A stretch of 53,512 nt of DNA from Catajapyx aquilonaris (taxonomy: Eukaryota), in assembly GCA_000934665.2 (NCBI GenBank), contig JYFJ02002635.1, forward strand, positions 1 to 53,512, in the 5' to 3' direction. Both the position numbers and the translations under genes were made by a program. This document shows, in pieces, positions 37,588 to 50,392 of the stretch. The notes under the pieces were generated by a model. It was not told where the DNA came from and did not search any database. It saw only the letters and a list, made by a program, of their open reading frames with translations. Each line of letters starts with the position of its first letter. Positions within the stretch are counted from its first letter, which is position 1.

Positions 37588-39617
37588 CATTTGTTTCAAA
37601 CTGGCAGTAATATATTATTAAACCCTATTCAGGCAGGCAAACTGTTCCCTATCTCAAGCAGCCCAGGTCTGACAGATTCACTCAGGTGGGTACAGTTGTA
37701 TGTACTGTACTACAGTACTAGCCAAGGTATGACTGCATTGGCTGAATTGTTTACTAAGAGAGCAATCAACAACAAGCCATGGGTACATGCATTGACTCCC
37801 ATTCTTGAACTATTGTTGAGTGACGCTTCCAGGTTGGCAGGTGTGAGGAGAGGCTGGTGTGTCTGGTTCATTGTTTTCATGGACAACAACAGGCTGTCTC
37901 ACCTGCACCGCAAGATCTGATGGATATTATTTCAACAGATGTACTGTAACGTAATTGTGTGCAATAATAATGAATGGGGTGTACAATAATGAGTGCTCTG
38001 CAACTGGGACAGCCTTTATTGGCTCAACACCTACATTAAAAGACGCATTCTGTAAAAAAAAATGAAGTCAGGTATATTATTCAGACATACACTGTGTATA
38101 CCTTATGAACACTGTTTATAAGACTTTGGAGTAAAATGACTTGTACAAAATCAAGTTAAAAAAAGAGAAACAACAGAATTGTTCCAGCCTTTCTTCGTAC
38201 ATCGTTCTCATCACACTTGGCACGTTATAAAATCTGTTCCATATGACCAACAATGAACACTCCCTAATCTCTAAGCAGTTGTTACAAATAACGTCACCCC
38301 ATAAAAATATCATTGTGTAATAATAATAATATTAATTTTTTTGTCAGTTGATTATCAAACTCCTGAAACTACGATATTTTCGTGTCAGATGTGGCACTAT
38401 CACCGCTCACGAGGCAAAGGCACAAAACTAATCTTTTCTTGTGTCGGTTGCCTTATACACTCTGCTTTCTCACTGAAAATTGCAGCAGTCACCTATTCTC
38501 ATTGGCACGTTTAAAAATTCTCCACAGCCCGCTTGCTTCCTCTTTTTTGGGGGGTCAACAACACATATAACGTCGCGCACACACACATAAATTGCGAATT
38601 GTCTGATAAATAAATGCACTGGATCCTTGATTTATACCCTGTACGGCGGAAAACATTGGGTGGGGGTTGATGTTGTGTTAATGTAACCATCATCACACGG
38701 CAATGGTGAAGTCGTGCATCATCCTTTCCCTGTCCCTGGTCCTCCGAAAGGGCGAGTGGTGTCCTGCTCTCTTGATCCTCCTCAGTGTGTCCATGTCACA
38801 TTCGGCCTCGCTGAGCTCGTGTCCGAGAATCCGCTGGGCGGTTCCAGTCTACTCGGGTATCCAAAGCTGGTCTCCTCTGATGGGACATAGGAGGATAGGG
38901 AGTAGTCTCCAAGGGATCCTTGGCTGCAGCGTGATGTCAGTAGGCTCCTTGTTAATATACACATAATAAAATGTGTCAGCACCTGACTTGGACACGAGTA
39001 GGACTACGTTGCTCAGAATATGCAGGACAACTCGACACTCGGCCACGACATATACCTACAGTGACCAACACTCTCCATCTGGCATGACTTTTCCTGGTGG
39101 AATGTGGGCGGGCACTTGGTCTCATCCGACAGCTGCTGTGCCTGTGCATAGGCTACAAGATGGCACCTACCTGTCCTATATATAAAGTACTGGAAGGATA
39201 GCCATCTTTGCTCATGTCCGTGCCATGGCTAGCTGGAAACTGTAGCATTAAGAAACATACTTTCTGACTGACCCTTGTCGTTCGATGCCTATAATTATTG
39301 TCTCTGAATTACCAAATTTTATTAGAAATCTCATGTAAATATTATGCAATAAATATTTATCAAACATGCTGAGATCTTGCATCACCCAGCACGCATCTGT
39401 GGACTTGCCCGTTTCACCGGCAATTAAATAAGGTTGTTTATACGGCGGCGTTGGCGGCATTCTTAAACTAATTAACGGACTGGCCGTGCCAGGAAACATA
39501 GTTGGATACACGGAACAAATATCTAAACCAAGGGGTTATTAACCACTCGAACGCACTCGACTCTGTCAAGTGTACACTGGAGTACCAAAATTCAAGGTGT
39601 ACCAAAAGGTAAGGAAG

Positions 39618-39820
39618 CAGGGGTTTCCAACCTGGGAGTCGTGGCCCCCCAAGGGGGTCGTGGAGCAGGTCCAGGGGGGCCGTGAGAGGCATTGTACCAT
39701 ATTTGGTAAATATATTTCTTGTATTGTTTGGCTGCTTCATTAAAGATTTATGTATGTTACTTTTGCAAGGGGGCCGTTGAGAAATTTTAGGTGATTTGGG
39801 GGGTCGGGTCGCGGTGAAGG
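39618..39820 (+). mobile_element. hAT/Charlie-like MITE fragment
   Basis: Starts CAGGGGTTTCCAACCTGGG with repeated GGGGGTCG/GGGGCCGT motifs; the right TIR was not found. Confidence 0.55.
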
Positions 39821-40852
39821 CGATATACCTATTTTTGCTGTATGTAGCCAAATGGCATAGAAACATCTTGTAATATATTACCAACTGTATGTTTACGAAA
39901 AAGAGTGGAGTCCCTCACTATGATTATATATAGGGAGGTTAAAATAAAATTGAAATTGAATTGAATTGATATACCAGGTTTTGTTCGAAAAAAAGGCATA
40001 ACTGGATTCACTCTGAGCCTGATGAGTAATTATATAATGACGGGAGGAAGCTTCTGTAACTAGTTTATTAATCGGATGGGACTAAGCTTACAATCGACAG
40101 ATAGAAACCTGACCTTGCTCTGCACTAATCCAAATATTTGCCCTGCCCATTGGCCCCGGGCTCAGACTTTGTGTGTGGTTAAAATACGCCCCGAAGTTGA
40201 CGTGTTTATCTGCCTAAAATGAGAGTCCTTTTCGTTGGAACATTTGTGAGATTTCGATTGTTTCTGTAGGGTATATTAGAAGTTACAAAGTGATTTGCAA
40301 ATAATGTTTAAAGCCAATATTCTAAAATTCATCATCTTATCTTTACAGGAACAACCGATGAGCTGACCTCCAGATGGAGTCGACGAGTGCATTGTGTCAT
40401 TGTTTTGGTCAATCACCTGTCACTTGGAGGCTTGCTAATAAACAACATTTCCCCCCAATACCATATGACTTGAAAAATTCATTATTGTTCAGATTCCGGG
40501 GAGTAATAATTGCATTGGGGAAGGTAGGAAGTTGTGGATTGAACCTTCTTGGAGGAAATTATAATAATGATACCATATTTAATGGAACACAGATTGGAAG
40601 TTGCACCTAAATGCCTGTTTTTGCCCCCAAGCGGACTACCTTGATGGCCTTCATTTGGAAATTACTATCGGAAACTTTTGCCCCGTAGACATCTATTTTT
40701 CTCAGAAAATTTCCTCATGATAGGCCAATGCCCCGCAAGGTGTGACCCCTCCATACAAGTCGACTGTCCGATCATGACACTGCACCGCGCCGATGCATTT
40801 TGCACCGAAGTAGGCCTAAATCTCGTGTGCTTTTGTCGTAATGTTCGATGCC

Positions 40853-41160
40853 ACCGAAGCAGCAGTGGTGGAGTGGATAGGGTGTCCGACTGCTAATCGG
40901 GAGGTCCTGGGTTCGAATCCCGGAGGCCGGCGACCCTGACCATGGTTTTCTGTGGTTTCCCATGGTCCTTGCAGGATAATTCCGGGGTCGTTACCGTAAT
41001 ATAGGCCACAGCCGCTTCCTTCCTTCCCTTTCCCTGCTTCATTCCGAAGATGAGAAAAATAGTAAAAAATGGAAGAGTTCCAGACAAAAAAACTGGGAGA
41101 AATCCCCCCCTAGGAAGGCCCGTAGGCTGATAATGGGGTATCAAATTATTATTATTATTA
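40853..41160 (+). mobile_element. Full-length SINE family A (tail type 1)
   Basis: A-box TGGTGGAGTGG, B-box GGTTCGAATCC, (ATT)n tail; 14-bp TSD TAATGTTCGATGCC at 40839-40852 and 41161-41174. Confidence 0.93.
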
Positions 41161-42400
41161 TAATGTTCGATGCCTCGGGTTGGTGTTGGTTTTTTGAACA
41201 AGATGTCAAACTTTTAATTCATCGTTTACCAGTTTTCCATGATTACATACCTATTGCTATAAATAACTATGGTGTAGTTTATTCTGCGAGTTTCCAAACC
41301 ATCATCGGCACGTCGTGTCGTCCTTGGCCTTTTATATTATCATAATGTGATAGTTGCTCATCATGACTTAGCATCACATGCAATCTGGAAATCTCCCCAA
41401 TCAGCCTTAGAAAGTTCAAATACAGTAGTAATGGCATCACATTTAACTTGTAACCATGAAAATGCTCTTAACTGATCATGGCAGCTAACAACACTGTACT
41501 GACATTGCCAACTATTAATCAGGTGAATTTGGAACAGTAAATGTGTGACCCTACTTCAAAAAATTCAAGGATATTCCATGGAGATAACAATGTAAAAGAT
41601 TCAGCAAAATGTCCACGCACTTGACTTATTGCAGCCTAGTAATTAATCCAATGACATGCAAAAGCAAAATTTCAATTTTGAGGAACTAATCAAGCTTAGG
41701 CAATCTTTCAAAGTCTTCATAATGACAGTTATTTTCTGGCTCCAGTCCAAAATAACATAATGCAAAGATAATGTCTGGCACTTGGAATATAACTGTATAT
41801 AGGGCTCCTGCAATGCAAAAGGAGGTTACAGCTGGAATGCTCACCAAGTAATTGCTCTTAGACTAGGTGAAGGGCAGTCAAGGTTGGAGCATCTGATGTA
41901 TGAAATATGCAGTTCATCAGTCGGCTAGGCAGAAGACCACAGTGAGGACCTGAGGACAGCTCCTGTAGAAGAGTTAAAAGATTTGGAATTCAGGTCACTG
42001 GCCAGGACATCCAATGGCAGTTGACACTTCAAGCAAGTGGGTGCTGTGTCCCCCATCCGTTTTGCAGTGAAATAATTAATCTGCAAATTTTGCAACATTC
42101 CCAGATGAATTTAAGTGAATGGAAAACACCTCAATTTGCTGGCAATGTGAGCCAATAATAACGGGCAGTCAAATAATAATGCAGAATTGAGGGGTGTGGT
42201 GGAAAAATGCAACAACACACATTTGTGTCATTTTTGACCTGAACACTTAGCAACCATGTAAAAGACATGACAAACAGTTTGGTATGCTCCAAGTTCACAT
42301 ATATCATGCATGATATGGCAAGCTTGGTCAGAAAGAAGTGACACTTCTTGAGCTAACTCCAAATAATTAGGAATGTATAGATGCATTGTAGCCTACTCAC

Positions 42401-42500
42401 CTGAATAAATTGTTTTGTGCAGCACACTCTGCAGGCTCTCTCCCAGGCAGGAAGTCATATCAAAGTAGTGGTAGGCTTCATCGGAGTCATGATAGCGAAC
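42401..42500 (-). CDS. Internal coding exon (100 nt) of the minus-strand host gene
   Basis: CTTGACAG|GTT...TCAG|GTGAGT; open frame VRYHDSDEAYHYFDMTSCLGESLQSVLHKTIYS(+G). Confidence 0.7.
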
Positions 42501-43857
42501 CTGTCAAGCATAAATCAGTCAGTACAAGGAAAAGCAGAAGGTGACAAAATTCAAATAATTTTATTGTGTATTAATCGTTAATCATGCCAACATACGAACT
42601 GAAACTTATTTCTTCCATAAGCTGACTTGCAAATATTGTTCAGAGTAGCCTAGGTGTGATGAGTGATGACTTTCCAAGAAAATCGAAATACTTGACACCT
42701 TGTATAGGCCTATGTATTTTGGTCACATTTATATAAATAAAATTAAAATGTTTAAATAATTTAGTCTGTCATTATATAGTTTCAGTTTGAGAAAGCATTT
42801 AAACAAAAATAGCGCAAGCAGCAACATTTTATGGCCTACAGTTCGCAATTTTTTTGAATTTCCAAAATGACGGGCATTTTTCAAAATTAAAGTCGGTTAC
42901 CCAGCCCGGATTTTTTTAGGACTTTTCACTGGATGTATATGCCGCAACTCACTGTTAATTGCAGTTACATCAAAGGTCACCGAGCCTCATCCTTGTCCAG
43001 GGTGCCTTGCGACTACCAACGTGACTGCAGTGGCCTACGTTCCTGGTGTCAACGATGGTGCTTACAAGTATATAGTTGTATCCCAGAAGTACACCACAAA
43101 CCCATCCTGCATCATAAAATGCATTTAATAGGGACATTATTATTCTGCAATTAAATAAATTCACCCCAATTTGACTGTCCCCCATTGGCACACATTCTAG
43201 GGCAATTAAAGTCCTTATATTCTCATGGATAAGTCTACTTAATGTACCTCATGAAAATGTATGTTAGTTCTATTATGACATACCGGTACGTCGACTTGCT
43301 GTCCTTGCCAAGCCATCAGCTGCACACTCATCCCCTAGCTGGCAAATGGTCGCCATTGGCCGATTTGCACCCACCCCCTCAGGACGTGGTGATACGTGGC
43401 CCAATAGTGCCAACATAAATGGGGGTGTGATTCCTGTGAATATGACCTTGGACAAAAAAAGGCCTTACCTGTATCTATATTTTTCCCCTAAATGTTTCAT
43501 TCACAAAATGCCATGTTTTAAAATGTAAGGTAATTTTAGGCGAAATGCGGTAATTTTGACTCTAGTGGTACGGTAGCTTCTACGGGTCAGGTTGGCAACG
43601 CTGCTGCATGGTTGCTCATTACATTAAACCATTGCGTTGCTCTCTAGGTACAGTACACGCGTCTATACTCAGTGCTGTGGGTACTTGACCCAAGAAGAAT
43701 GAAGATAGATTGCAACGACACTTGTCAGATGAGGCCCAAGTAGTGCTGCAGGCGAAGTAGCAGCTGGTAAGGGGCTTTGCTCTAGGGTAGCCTACTTGCA
43801 TATACTTGCATGGAGTCATACGCCAATAACTCACTGCACTATAATGAAATGAAATGA

Positions 43858-43947
43858 AATTTTAAGTAAATTGATGTATATATGTGCTTTGAGCATTAAA
43901 GCTCGAGCTTTAATACTCAAAGCACATACATCAATTTACTTAAAATT
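43858..43947. repeat. Loopless palindrome, 90 bp, centred on CTCGAG
   Basis: AATTTTAAGTAAATTGATGTAT...TTAAAGCTC|GAGCTTTAA...ATACATCAATTTACTTAAAATT with one mismatch and a 4-nt indel. Confidence 0.92.
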
Positions 43948-44428
43948 CTTCATTTATCCCAAAGTAACACCCAGCAGCCAGCAGGAGCTCATCTGCAGTG
44001 TGCAGCATAAACTGAATTTCTAGACTAGCCAGAAAGATCTGGGCTGATGCTCATATGACTCATATTAGTAATATATGACCAGACAATGTAGTACATGTTT
44101 GGGGAGCTCAACTTATAATAATATTGTACCCAGCATGGGTCCAAGATCATAGGAAGGATCACACATGTGAGCCTGGCTTAATAAATTAGCGTACTATTTC
44201 TGCAGTTGCCATACACGGCAAATTGAAATACTGGAGTACAGTAACATCGATTTATTATGCAATAAGGTGTGTAAGGTTTTGTGACTTTTTACCACAAGTA
44301 ACTGGTTTTTAAACATTTGCAACTCATTTTAAACTCATTTTTATGGCCATGTGTGTTAATAATATATTGTAAATCACATATTTACAGCATATTTAGCAAT
44401 AATAACGTTACACTTTCGTGTGTTACAG

Positions 44429-44480
44429 CCTCAAGGGGATACGTGACAACCTGCCCAGCCTTGCTTTCTGCACATAAGCA
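44429..44480 (+). other. Candidate 5' UTR exon of the LRR gene
   Basis: TGTTACAG| 52 nt |GTAAGC; the next strong acceptor, TTTCTTCAG, lies 3 nt before the LRR ATG. Confidence 0.45.
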
Positions 44481-44926
44481 GTAAGCAACTTTTTCTGTAT
44501 TAATAATATGAGAAGTCATATCAAGTCATATGGTAATAAGATCTTTCTCACCCATACACAAAGAAGTCTTCCCCAAACTGCACAAACCTCACCCTTCCCT
44601 TCCCATTATTTTTTAAGAGTAGACATCTTGGTGTGCTTAAAATGCAGGAATTCTGCATGATAATCAACATTAGCACAGGGTATGGTATCAAAATTTCTGA
44701 TTCTTGTGCAACCTGTTTAAATAGCCAAGTTAAGGTCTGCACAAATATTTCTGATTTAATGTACAGGAGGTTTCACTGTTTTGAAATTTATTTTGCCCCT
44801 ACAAGAAATAAAGTTCTACTTTCAAGCTAGTACCACCATGTAACAGTCAGTTCAGTTTTCACACCCTGTTTAGTTTAGGAATATGAAATATAATGTACAA
44901 GTGCATACTTTTGGTTTCTTCAGATC

Positions 44927-46420
44927 ATGGTCAGAAGTTCGCAGCCCAAGAGTTTGAGGAAACTAAGCATGAATTCCATGATCAACACAATTTTGAAGGA
45001 ATGCCAAGAGAGTGATGGCAAAGACGTGGAGCACATCTGGAAGAAAGTGCATGATATTCCATACCATTTTGCCAATGAATACGTGCATGATCTCTTGATG
45101 ATAGCCTCGAGACATTGTGGAAAGATTAAATTACGTGGTGCATTTCATTTATACTGCACTGAGATAGACTTAGAGAAAGCAACATTTGAACTTTCACCTG
45201 GTGTGTTCAACCAACTTTTGGTCAATATGGATACGCTAAGGAATCTGGAAGTGCTGAAGACTGGTCATCCTAGCATGTTAAATGGAGTAAGATTCAATTT
45301 CCCAAGAATGCCGAAACTCAATTGCCTCCATACGTCGTCTCCATTACATACAGACACTGTGAGAAATATTATCCGAAACTGCCCAAGGTTGGAGGATATT
45401 CGTTTGAGATACATGTCTATGAAGGAACTGAAGTCCCTACCGTTCCAGTGCAAAAAGCTGAAGAAAATCGAGCTTAGGCAAGAGGAAACATTTATCCCTG
45501 CTAGTACTACCATGCATCTGCTTGAGACCCTTGAGAATCTCGAATCAGTGCGAATTGATAACATGGTTGGGGTCCTGGAATTGTGCACAGATTCATATTC
45601 TTTAAAGGACTTTGTCGAAGACTTTCATCCAAGAGACTCAATGATGCTGATTAAGTTAGTCTACCACTTCCCAGAACTTCATCGCCTGTCACTGCAACTG
45701 CACTACAGGAATATGGACCTCGCACCTATAAACCAGCTGGTCAACCTCCAGAATTTGGAGGTTTCACATGGATCTGCTACCAGCCTGATTTGCCTGATTG
45801 AAGTCTGTTTCCCTCGTCTGACTGCTTTCAGTTGCAAAGGAGTAACCGAACTTCACTACCTCTTTGGACCAGACATGAACCTACCAGGTGTTAAGTATCT
45901 CAAGTTACAGCAAACTGGTCTAGTTGACTTGCCTACCATTGGTCAGATTTTCTCTAGGCTGGAAAGAATACATTTTGATGGTAATGTGTACACTACACTC
46001 CCACACAATTTGGGACCCATGTTTCCGCATTTGACATCTCTCAAGGCCTCTTCATTGCTAGTGAGGCAAATGTGCAGCCTCATGCCTTCTGGCCAAAAGC
46101 TTAAAACACTGTATGTGCATGATGAATCTTATGATGAGGATTATTTCCTGGATCTCCTTCAGGCTCCTTCACTGCAAAAGTTGCATACATTAAGCTTAAC
46201 CTCTGATCGAGTCACACAGGCATCATCAACAGCATTTCATATTCTTGAGTCACTTGGAGACGATTATTTGTACAAGATTAAATTAACTAGCACAAACATA
46301 CGTATGTCACGTAATGAGTATTTAGCACTACAAAGGGAGCTACAGAAGTACGACATGTGCTTTTATGTGAAGTGCGGTCATTGGCCTCGCACATGTATGT
46401 GCATTTGGAGAGGAGAGTGA
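44927..46420 (+). CDS. 497-aa leucine-rich-repeat protein (RNI/F-box-LRR-like repeats, BC-box-like N-terminus), single coding exon
   Basis: Long intact ORF; repeated LxxLxL motifs (CPRLEDIRL, CKKLKKIEL, FPELHRLSL, LVNLQNLEV, FPHLTSLK, LQKLHTLSL); N-terminal PKSLRKLSMNSM. Confidence 0.88.
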   Translation: MVRSSQPKSLRKLSMNSMINTILKECQESDGKDVEHIWKKVHDIPYHFANEYVHDLLMIASRHCGKIKLRGAFHLYCTEIDLEKATFELSPGVFNQLLVNMDTLRNLEVLKTGHPSMLNGVRFNFPRMPKLNCLHTSSPLHTDTVRNIIRNCPRLEDIRLRYMSMKELKSLPFQCKKLKKIELRQEETFIPASTTMHLLETLENLESVRIDNMVGVLELCTDSYSLKDFVEDFHPRDSMMLIKLVYHFPELHRLSLQLHYRNMDLAPINQLVNLQNLEVSHGSATSLICLIEVCFPRLTAFSCKGVTELHYLFGPDMNLPGVKYLKLQQTGLVDLPTIGQIFSRLERIHFDGNVYTTLPHNLGPMFPHLTSLKASSLLVRQMCSLMPSGQKLKTLYVHDESYDEDYFLDLLQAPSLQKLHTLSLTSDRVTQASSTAFHILESLGDDYLYKIKLTSTNIRMSRNEYLALQRELQKYDMCFYVKCGHWPRTCMCIWRGE

Positions 46421-48419
46421 TACTTATTTCTGATAAGGGGAGGAGAGTTTACTTGGTCTTGATATTAATGATATATGGTATATCATGGATTGCCATTGGT
46501 CCAAATACAATATATTTGTATTCTAATCTAGTCCTGCTATAAGCATAAATAGTTTGGTGGAGTTTGCAAATCTTGCTGAATTTATTGATATTAATTTTGA
46601 ACTTCTCATAATTTCATAACCAGACAATATCTTTTGCTCTCTGCTGCCCTTGTGAATTTCCCCTTTTTTGGCCATCTGTGGACAAACATTCTGTGAACAC
46701 CTGTGCACCTGTTTCCTTCCAGTTATTCCATGAAATCTTCTAATTCTGTTTCATGGATAATGAGAGGTTATTTGGGGTTACTGGCAACATGTGCAAATGC
46801 TGGTGATAATGGAGCATAGCCTGGCTGACCAAGAAAGGTTTCTGCTAAAGAAGACAGAAGCCTTGTCACAGTAAGATGTGACAAGGTGGCCATGAGGCCA
46901 CTCGATTGAAGCAGACCCCCATCTAACCACCTATGCCTATTCATTTTCACAGGCACTTCCCCATGCTATCATGGATCCCAACCAACCTTTCCTGGGAAGG
47001 GGAAAATGAGTAAGAAAAGAGATCCAGTTTGAGTTCTGAAAGAGTGGTCGCAGCAGTTGAGCTGCAAGTGATCAGGAAAGGGGGCAGATGTCCAGTGCCA
47101 CACCGGCATTAGGTATCTGGGTGGACATACGGAGGGACATCAGGACAGGGTAGGAGGTAATCCCCAGGGGCATCGGCCACCTGACGAGGGGGACATAATC
47201 CCGTGTGCTGGCCAGATCCGGTGGAAGTAGAAGTCAGAGCACCCTATTCGGAAGGGAGAGGTCGGAGGACAGATCCGAGAAGGAAGGAGGAGTACAGTAC
47301 AAGCCATAGCAACAGTGACAGGATGTCTGACGCCGCTGGGGGAGATGAGAGGCCATCCACAGAGGTCCGGTACCAGAGGAGTCCTGAAGGAAGCCCCAGA
47401 AGAAGGTTGAGTCTGTTGAGAGTGTCGCAGCCAGACAACAGACGGACAAGTGACCTGGAAGCAGCCGGCCACTTGGTGTTGACGCATTGAGGGACCAGCC
47501 CTGCTGGCGAGGGTCGGCTTATGGTGTACTTCGAGCTAGAGACTGATGGCATCTAGGGAGGGCGTGAAGTCCGAAGAGCGTAGCAGCCAGGAGGGATGAG
47601 TGTACCAGACCAGTGGTGAACAGCTGTGGTCATATGGCGTGGGTTGCAGCATAGCAGCCAAGGATGAAACTCCCTTTTGATGAAAGCGATAGCAGCAGTC
47701 AAGAGGAGGGGCGAAAGGGAGGGTTGAAGGACCTTGAGGAAGGAGATGAACCGTTGTACTATATCGCTCAAAAAGATGAGATGATTTTGCATTAAAACCA
47801 AATGCAAAAATTGTCTGTATCTTTTTGAGCGATATAGTACATGTTGGGAGAGGAAAGTGTGATAATCGATTTAGGCACTCGACTTGAACTTGGCGATGTA
47901 AAAGGGTGGTATTGCAACACATGTTAATGAACAGATTGAATCAAAATGCTTCCACTGTAGTGATTCTCTTGGGGATACCTGACCATGGACGTCCCGACAA
48001 TAACCTAATTCACAATCCCTGTGACAAGCCTCGTTGTCAGAAGATGAGACAAAGGCTAAGTCTTGGTAAGTACCAGGTGACAAAGAATTTTGCAAATTTT
48101 TTTCTACTAAGCTTTCTTTTACTAAACAGCTATTATTGCATAGCCACTTTTAGTGGTTCATTATTAGATGTTAATATTAGGCCGAATAGAATCATTGATC
48201 CAAGCTCTGAATTTATGGCAATGATTTTCTGAATTTGAAAGTAGGACCATTCTTTATACAGTCTGCTTACCCAAACCCTCGCACTGTGTTGCACCTTGAT
48301 ATTTCACATTCATGATTTGCCTATTGCAGAATTTGGGGTAATACCAAGCTCAATAATATTTGCATACTGGTACTAAAAAATAATAAATAGATTTCCTATG
48401 AAGTTAATTCATTAAAAAT

Positions 48420-48754
48420 CAGGTAAGGCGGAGTGGCGCTGCGGAAACGTAAGCACCCACTGATGGAAGGGTCCCGGGTTCGATCCCAAGCCCGGGCTTT
48501 CCCGCTTTCATCTCGTGCGGAGTTCGGGGTCATCTCCGGCTTCGTCTAGGGTGGGATTTCCGATAGACGAACCACCCGGGGGAGCTCACAAAATGATCAT
48601 AGCTACAACATTGCACTTGCACACTGCACATCCCCTCCCAGTCACCCTGCCCTGTGACCAGGACTCTTCGTTGACCAAACTAATGTACTATCTTGGCAAA
48701 TAAAGTTCCGTGCGTAACATCAGATGAGGTATGGCACTATACCCATTATTAATG
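48420..48754 (+). mobile_element. Full-length SINE family C
   Basis: B-box GGGTTCGATCCC; TSD CATTAAAAAT at 48410-48419 and 48755-48764; homologous to 27957-28357. Confidence 0.88.
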
Positions 48755-49069
48755 CATTAAAAATATAGAATAAGGCAACCATATGCATGCTCTCTCATGT
48801 GTGACAGTGTGAGCATTACTCAAATTGGTTATACTCTGGTATTGGTTATTTTTAAGGATTAGGTGTAGCAGTTAAAAACATGCCTGCTCAGTTAGCCTGG
48901 CAGGCAATGTTAAATCCTTTTGTACACAAGGAATTTGTTGACCTGTTTTTCTCAGAACTAAAAAAAAAAAAAATACTGATGGTTACACCATAAGGTGTGT
49001 AACATTGACTATAAAAAGCATGGTGGTTGCATTAGAATCCAAATGCAACCCACTTAATTTGAATATTCT

Positions 49070-49570
49070 CTGCCAAAAATGCTTGACACACTGAACACTC
49101 CAGCTCTCCATTACCACATTAGGTCAGTGATGGTGAGACAACTCTCAATCAGGATTTCCAAGTCCGGACAACAGGTGACAGATATTATGAAATGCAACAA
49201 GGTTTTGAATTGGCGGGTCAGTAGCAATTATGGATACCGCAAATGAATATAAATTTTGCTGGATGCAGCCTTGGAACTCTCTCTTGGGCTGCCCAGATTA
49301 GAGGAGCCATCTCATGATTTACAATAAGAATTAATGACATTCACGATTTTTACCAAATTCTCTTCTGCAACTCATTACAACTGGATAACAAACAGAAACT
49401 CTTGTGGTAGGTGAGCTGTAATGTTCCTTGGAAAGCATGGCAGACCCGGGCACAAGTAGCAATTCAGTATTACTCTGGTACCTTTCTGTCACCTCACACC
49501 AGAAAACCTTGGTCACCGTCAAACAGCCTCATTTGCGAAATTTTTGTGCACGTAGCAAATGAAATCCTGC
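49070..49570 (-). pseudogene. Possible decayed LRR-protein coding sequence
   Basis: Minus strand has an acceptor-like TTTGCAG and the peptide CCPDLEILIESCLTITDL (cysteine-containing-LRR-like) amid stops. Confidence 0.3.
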
Positions 49571-50255
49571 AAATCTAGCTAACTCCTGTCATTCCCATTA
49601 CGTCATTCCCATTACGCTGTCAAGAGAAACAGATACACACACAGCCTGTAAAGCGTGAGAAATGAAGAACAGTTTTGTAACAGCACGTTGTATTCATTCA
49701 CCACATCTTAAAAATCTAAATGCGCGTAACAAAGCAACAAAATGGCATATCATTTCTAACAAAAATAATACTTGGCACTATATTACAATCGTACAATATG
49801 CATATAAATCTCGGCTACACCTCATGCGTTATTTCCATGTCACTGCACCTAAGGACTAAATATAGCTGGGCTGGCTACATATCTCAGATTTTCATTAAAT
49901 TTGGTCAGGTGATAAGCAATCAGTAATGAGAGACATATTTTGCAACTATTCAAGTCATGGGAATGAGAAGTTGCAATATATCAACAATGCTGGATATTAC
50001 CAACATTTCCATTCCATGCCTGTATATTGAGCATTATACTTGTAAACTTATAGATACATCATGGGCTTAAAGGTACGAATATAGACGAAAGAAACCATGG
50101 GAAAGTAATGACAATCAGTTTAAAAGATATCAAAAGTTGCATGATAATAGCTTATACAGGAGGGCAGCACAATATAACTAATACATACAGGTGTCATATA
50201 AGACCCAAAAGGCAATAAAATATCTACCTAGCTTGGAAATTTCCAAAATATCAAC

Positions 50256-50392
50256 ACATCTAAAGTCCATTAAACGAAAGAATGATCTGACATCATTGTT
50301 TTGTTTACCGACTCCTAGTCAAAGGATATCAAAGAAAAGGTAAACAAAACGATGATGTCAGATCATTCTTTCGTTTAATGGACTTTAGATGT
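50256..50392. repeat. Hairpin, 54-bp arms with 1 mismatch, 29-nt spacer
   Basis: ACATCTAAAGTCCATTAAACG...TTGTTTACC pairs with GGTAAACAA...GACTTTAGATGT. Confidence 0.95.

Noticed and set aside
38690..39080. GC-richer coding-like patch on the minus strand
   Set aside because: No consistent open frame with splice sites, and no recognisable protein
40019..40050. CTGATGAG followed by a weak stem (also CCGATGAGCTC near 1068)
   Set aside because: No GAAA core follows, so it is not a supportable ribozyme
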